64,000 bases of DNA, from contig BTVX01000015.1 of assembly GCA_045862995.1 (NCBI GenBank), positions 17,259-81,258 of the forward strand, in the 5' to 3' direction. Made by a program: the position numbers and the translations under genes. This stretch comes from Chthonomonas sp. Its GTDB lineage: Bacteria > Armatimonadota > Fimbriimonadia > Fimbriimonadales > Fimbriimonadaceae. Within the stretch, counting starts at the first letter, position 1, and the number at the start of each line of letters is the position of its first letter. Shown here one piece after another: positions 60,467-64,000 of the stretch. The notes below the pieces were generated by a model. It was not told the origin of the DNA and did not search any database. It saw only the letters and a list, made by a program, of their open reading frames with translations.

Positions 60467-61615
60467 ATGCCCGCGTTCTCCGTGCGCCCTTACGAACCGT
60501 CCGATTGGGACGGGTACGCCGCCGTTCGGTCGGCGGTCTATCGCGGCGGCAAAGTCATCGAACCGGGCGAAATCCTGATCCCCGAGGACAGTCTGGCGTT
60601 CGTGGTCGAAGCCGATGGCCGCATCGTGGGTAGCGCCGTCGCGTTGGACATGACGGCGACCTGTGCGGGCGATGACCTTCGCTGCGCGGGCATCGCCTCG
60701 GTCGGGGTGCTGCCCGAAGCGCGGCGCTATGGCGCGGGCCAAGCGTTGATGTGCGGGATGACCCCCTTGTTGCGCGAGGCTGGGTTCGACGTCGCGTCGC
60801 TCTACGCGTACAGCGAGGCGTTCTATCGGAAGCAGGGCTACGAGGTCGCCGCCGGACGTCTCGAGATCAAGGCGCCCACCAGGCTCATCCCACACTACGA
60901 CGGGCCGCTCGAAACCCGCGAAATCACCGCCGACGAGTGGCAGCGGCTGGTGCCCTGCTACGACGCGATGGCCTCGCGCTACTCGGGGATGAACCGGCGC
61001 AAGGAATCCCAGTGGCGGCGTTCGTTTCGGGGCAAGCCGGCCAAAATCTATGTTGCGGGCGACCCCGTCGAGGCCTACATCGTGGTCGCGCTCACCGAAG
61101 GCTTCTTCATGGGCCAGTTCGTCCAGCAGTTCGCCTGGAGCACGTGGGAGGGCTACCGGGCCATGCTCGGGCTGATCCGCGCTCTCGCGATCAACCAGGA
61201 CCATGCCGAGTGGTACGAGCCCACCGACACGCCGTTCGGTCATCGGCTGATGCAACACGGTGTGAACTTCGCGTGGACCAAGCAGCTCATGTTCCGGGTC
61301 TTGGACGTCCCGGCATCGCTGGGCAAACTCCGAGCGCAAGGGGCCACCGAATTCACGTTGAGCGTGGCCGACCCCGATGCGCCGGAGAACGCAGGCCCTT
61401 GGCGCGTCGTCGCCGACCCTTCCGGAACGACCGTCGAGCGAACGGGCAACGCGGATTTGGCGATTGGCCCCGGCGCGTTGGCGCAGGCCGTTCTCGGTTC
61501 GCTTTCGGCGAGTCAACTCGCCGACCAAGGCGCGCTCGCAGGACCCACCCACGCCATCCAAGCCGCAGGAAGGCTGTTCGCGGCGCGTCCCACCCTGTGT
61601 CTCGACGACTTCTAA
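60467..61615 (+). CDS. Eis-like GNAT acetyltransferase with a C-terminal SCP2-like domain
   Basis: 382 aa. ..IASVGVLPEARRYGAGQALM.. (acetyl-CoA loop), ..AFYRKQGYE.., and the three-domain length typical of Eis/MshD-like enzymes. Confidence 0.7.
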   Translation: MPAFSVRPYEPSDWDGYAAVRSAVYRGGKVIEPGEILIPEDSLAFVVEADGRIVGSAVALDMTATCAGDDLRCAGIASVGVLPEARRYGAGQALMCGMTPLLREAGFDVASLYAYSEAFYRKQGYEVAAGRLEIKAPTRLIPHYDGPLETREITADEWQRLVPCYDAMASRYSGMNRRKESQWRRSFRGKPAKIYVAGDPVEAYIVVALTEGFFMGQFVQQFAWSTWEGYRAMLGLIRALAINQDHAEWYEPTDTPFGHRLMQHGVNFAWTKQLMFRVLDVPASLGKLRAQGATEFTLSVADPDAPENAGPWRVVADPSGTTVERTGNADLAIGPGALAQAVLGSLSASQLADQGALAGPTHAIQAAGRLFAARPTLCLDDF

Positions 61616-61623
61616 GCGTCCGG

Positions 61624-61629
61624 TATACT
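61624..61629 (+). promoter_or_regulatory. -10 box TATACT upstream of efp
   Basis: ccggTATACTcccgg lies 32 nt before the TTG start. A CAGGAGG RBS lies between them. Confidence 0.3.
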
Positions 61630-61660
61630 CCCGGTCCGGCTCAGGAGGCCGGAATCCGCA

Positions 61661-62230
61661 TTGGCAGTTGACACCAGTTCCCTCAAGAACGGCATGCACA
61701 TCCGCTTGGACGGCGACGTCTTCCAGGTGGTCGAGTTCCAGCATGTCAAGCCCGGCAAGGGCGGCGCGTTCGTGCGCACCCGGCTTCGCAAGGTCAAGAC
61801 CGGCAACACCGTCGAGCGGACGTTTCGCTCGGGCGAGAAGATCGAACCCGTGTTCGTCGACAAGGTCAAGATGCAGTTTCTGTACCGTCAGGGCGACGAA
61901 GCCGTGCTGATGGACCTCGACACCTACGAGCAGACGCCGTTGCCCATCGCCGACTTCGGCGACCAAGCGAAGTACCTGCTCGAAGAGATGGAGATCGTGA
62001 TGATCAACGCCGAAGGCGAGGTGCTCGGGTACGAAATCCCCAACTTCGTCGAGCAGAAGATCGTCCAGACCGACCCCGGCTACAAGGGCGACACGGTCAG
62101 CGGCAGCAACAAGCCGGCCACGCTCGAATCGGGCGCCGTCGTGCTGGTGCCGTTCCACATCGGCGAGGGCGACGTCGTGAAAGTGGACACGCGAACCGAC
62201 TCTTACTTGGAACGGGTCAAAAAGGACTGA
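61661..62230 (+). CDS. efp: Elongation factor P
   Basis: TTG start. ..FQVVEFQHVKPGKGGAFVRTRLRKVKTG.. contains the conserved KPGKG loop. Confidence 0.95.
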   Translation: MAVDTSSLKNGMHIRLDGDVFQVVEFQHVKPGKGGAFVRTRLRKVKTGNTVERTFRSGEKIEPVFVDKVKMQFLYRQGDEAVLMDLDTYEQTPLPIADFGDQAKYLLEEMEIVMINAEGEVLGYEIPNFVEQKIVQTDPGYKGDTVSGSNKPATLESGAVVLVPFHIGEGDVVKVDTRTDSYLERVKKD

Positions 62231-62242
62231 TCCGGTCCGTGC

Positions 62243-62248
62243 TATACT
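62243..62248 (+). promoter_or_regulatory. Extended -10 box TGcTATACT upstream of rpsU
   Basis: cgTGcTATACTatcg lies 22 nt before the TTG start at 62271. A GGAG RBS is at 62257-62260. Confidence 0.35.
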
Positions 62249-62270
62249 ATCGTTTCGGAGCTTTAGCCCC

Positions 62271-62441
62271 TTGATCTACGTCAACGTACAATCCAACGAG
62301 TCCATTGATTCCGCCCTGAAGCGCTTCAACCTGAAGATGCAGCAGAGCGGAGTGTTGCGCGACCTCAAGGAGCACGCGCACTACGAGAAGCCCAGCGAGA
62401 AGCGCCGGCGCATGCGCCGACGGCGCATTTCGCGAAGCTAG
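62271..62441 (+). CDS. rpsU: 30S ribosomal protein S21
   Basis: Below the track cutoff. Hand translation is (TTG)IYVNVQSNESIDSALKRFNLKMQQSGVLRDLKEHAHYEKPSEKRRRMRRRRISRS, the S21 pattern ..ES.DSAL.RF.......G......R..YEKPS.KR... Confidence 0.85.
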   Translation: MIYVNVQSNESIDSALKRFNLKMQQSGVLRDLKEHAHYEKPSEKRRRMRRRRISRS

Positions 62442-62545
62442 GCGGTCGGGGCAGTGCCGCCCCACCCTTCGCCAGCTATGAGCGACGAGCCTCCTAGTAT
62501 CTCCCTCTTTCGACCCCACGGGCGCAACGCGCCCTTAGGCCAGCG

Positions 62546-63007
62546 ATGAATGCGTCGGTGCTGGTCCTCGTTTGGGACGTCGAGCCCATCCCTCTCCCCA
62601 CCGATGCGCTGCAGCGGCTGGTGCGGTGCGCCATCGGCTCGAAGGGCAAGGTCGTTTGCCTCGTGACCGACGACCCGGGCATCCGCACGCTCAACCGCGA
62701 GCACCGCGCCATTGACCGGCCCACGGACGTCCTGAGTTTCCCCTCCACGGGTCCCACGCGCGGGCAGGTCGGCGACCTCGCCCTCTCCCTTGAGACGGCC
62801 CGACGTCAAGCCAACGCGCGCGGCGTCGCGGTCGAACGCGAATTGGCTTCGCTCATCGTCCACGGCGCCCTGCACTTGGTCGGATTCGACGACGAAACCG
62901 ACGAAGAGCGGGAGCGCATGCTGGCCGAAATGAACCGTTGCCTCGCCGAAGCCGGGTACGAGCCGGACGCCGATTGGCACACCATGGACCTGGCGGTGAC
63001 GGCATGA
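62546..63007 (+). CDS. ybeY: rRNA maturation endoribonuclease YbeY
   Basis: ..TDVLSFP.. and the zinc motif HGALHLVGFDD. Confidence 0.9.
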   Translation: MNASVLVLVWDVEPIPLPTDALQRLVRCAIGSKGKVVCLVTDDPGIRTLNREHRAIDRPTDVLSFPSTGPTRGQVGDLALSLETARRQANARGVAVERELASLIVHGALHLVGFDDETDEERERMLAEMNRCLAEAGYEPDADWHTMDLAVTA

Positions 63008-63723
63008 GCATGACCAAATCGCGCGACATCTTCGGGCCGTTCCGCGTAGCGATCAGCGGCCTGGTCTACACGTTCCGCACCCAGCGCCACATGCGGTTCC
63101 ACGTGTACATGGTGCTGGTCATCACGTTGCTGGGCCTGCTCCTGAACTGGCGTCTGCGCGAAATCCTGATCCTGCTCTTCATCATGAGCCTGGTGCTCGT
63201 GGCCGAAATGTTCAACAGCGCCATCGAAGCCGTAGTGGACTTGGTGCAACCCACGTACCATCCGCTGGCCAAGTTCGCCAAGGACATTGCGGCCGGAGCG
63301 GTGCTCATCTCGACGATGCTCGCGATCGCGGCCGCCATCTTGATCCAGATTGGCGAGAACCGTTTGGAGGAGATTCGACTGTCGCTCACGGGCGAGAGTC
63401 CGAACCTCACGGTCATTCAGCGCATCGTCCTGGGCTCGGTGCTGTTGTTCTTCGTCGTGATCATCGGGAAGGCGATCGGCAAGCGCGGCATGCTGCTCAA
63501 GGGTGGCTTGGTGAGCGGACACGCCGCTTATGGGTTCTTCTTGGCGGGGACGGCCACGCTCATGACCGACAACGCCCTCGTGGCGGCGATCACCATTCTG
63601 TTGGCCGTGATCATCGCCCAAAGCCGGTGGGAAGCGAAGATCCACTCGGTGTTCGAATTGACTCTGGGAGCAACCGCAGGCGTCTTGATGGCCCTCGTGT
63701 TGTTCGGACTTCTGCCGAAATGA
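63004..63723 (+). CDS. dgkA: Diacylglycerol/undecaprenol kinase (DgkA) fused to a PAP2-like C-terminal half
   Basis: ATGA-coupled ATG inside ORF 62938..63723. DgkA motif LVAEMFNSAIEAVVD. The C-terminal ~110 aa contains ..SGHAA.. and ..SRWEAKIHSVFE.., resembling PAP2 motifs C2/C3. Confidence 0.8.
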   Translation: MSMTKSRDIFGPFRVAISGLVYTFRTQRHMRFHVYMVLVITLLGLLLNWRLREILILLFIMSLVLVAEMFNSAIEAVVDLVQPTYHPLAKFAKDIAAGAVLISTMLAIAAAILIQIGENRLEEIRLSLTGESPNLTVIQRIVLGSVLLFFVVIIGKAIGKRGMLLKGGLVSGHAAYGFFLAGTATLMTDNALVAAITILLAVIIAQSRWEAKIHSVFELTLGATAGVLMALVLFGLLPK

Positions 63724-63737
63724 GGATACGTCAGTCA

Positions 63738-64000
63738 ATGAAGGACAATCCACACGAACGCTCGCGGCGCGACGGACAGCCGACGCGCCGCGACCCGGAT
63801 TCAAACGGCCTGATGCCCATGGTGCTCACGGGCTCGGCGATCACGTTCGCCGCCTATGGCGCCAACGGCGGCTTCGGAACCGCCGCCCCCAGCCTTGCCG
63901 CGGTTTCGCTCGCCGGAACGGTCGGCTGGTCGGCCCAAGCCGCCGCGCTCATCATCGCCTGCCTCATCCTGAACGGCCTCTACGTGCTGGCCCAGACGGC
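63738..64000 (+). CDS. Probable CNNM/HlyC-CorC family transporter, N-terminal DUF21 part (runs off the window end)
   Basis: Hand translation is MKDNPHERSRRDGQPTRRDPDSNGLMPMVLTGSAITFAAYG...AALIIACLILNGLYVLAQT. The position after ybeY-dgkA and the ..LNG.....E/QT.. motif suggest DUF21. Weak evidence. Confidence 0.4.
   Translation, partial: MKDNPHERSRRDGQPTRRDPDSNGLMPMVLTGSAITFAAYGANGGFGTAAPSLAAVSLAGTVGWSAQAAALIIACLILNGLYVLAQT

Noticed and set aside
60386-62158. Upstream ~590 codons of the 711-aa minus-strand ORF 60023..62158
   Set aside because: It is antisense to the Eis-like GNAT gene and efp. Only the 3'-terminal 120 codons (60023..60385), which lie in otherwise non-coding DNA and contain an HTH-like motif, were kept.

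Overview
GC-rich bacterial chromosomal segment (GC not computed) with about 75 protein-coding genes. I found no rRNA, tRNA, CRISPR or transposase. The gene content (DUF1800/DUF1501 pair, PEP-CTERM protein, TIGR03790, prepilin-like proteins, dockerin-tailed protease, RCC1 repeats) suggests a Planctomycetota-, Armatimonadota- or Verrucomicrobiota-like organism, but I cannot assign it from sequence alone.

Housekeeping backbone:
- fabG, atpD-atpC, tyrS and a stand-alone sdhA
- pilB-pilT-pilC
- rpmG-rpmF-secG
- tsaE and prmC
- efp-rpsU-ybeY-dgkA
- two ECF sigma/anti-sigma pairs
- a rhodanese/persulfide-dioxygenase operon
- envelope/glycan genes (GT2, GT4, WecA-like, amidase)

Small islets with visibly different codon usage sit between these genes:
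- an XRE + C5-methyltransferase + Eco29kI-like type II restriction-modification (R-M) system (29.2-31.5 kb), with a distant vsr (46.5 kb)
- a dGTPase-like HD hydrolase with a small upstream ORF, next to a DUF4143 ATPase (17.8-20.7 kb)
- a leaderless two-gene cassette ending in a HEPN-like protein (52.0-52.8 kb)
- a minimal nucleotidyltransferase with an overlapping small ORF (6.4-6.9 kb)
- a Cys-rich secreted protein + pseudopilin + membrane protein operon (44.9-46.4 kb)

The most unusual single observation is an in-frame TGA at the redox-motif position of a secreted thioredoxin-fold protein (22758-23963). A SECIS-like hairpin follows it directly, so this is a candidate Cys-Sec selenoprotein.

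Many long ORFs in the supplied track are antisense artefacts of high GC content and were rejected. Starts were chosen by motif, translational coupling or RBS and are less certain than frames and stops.
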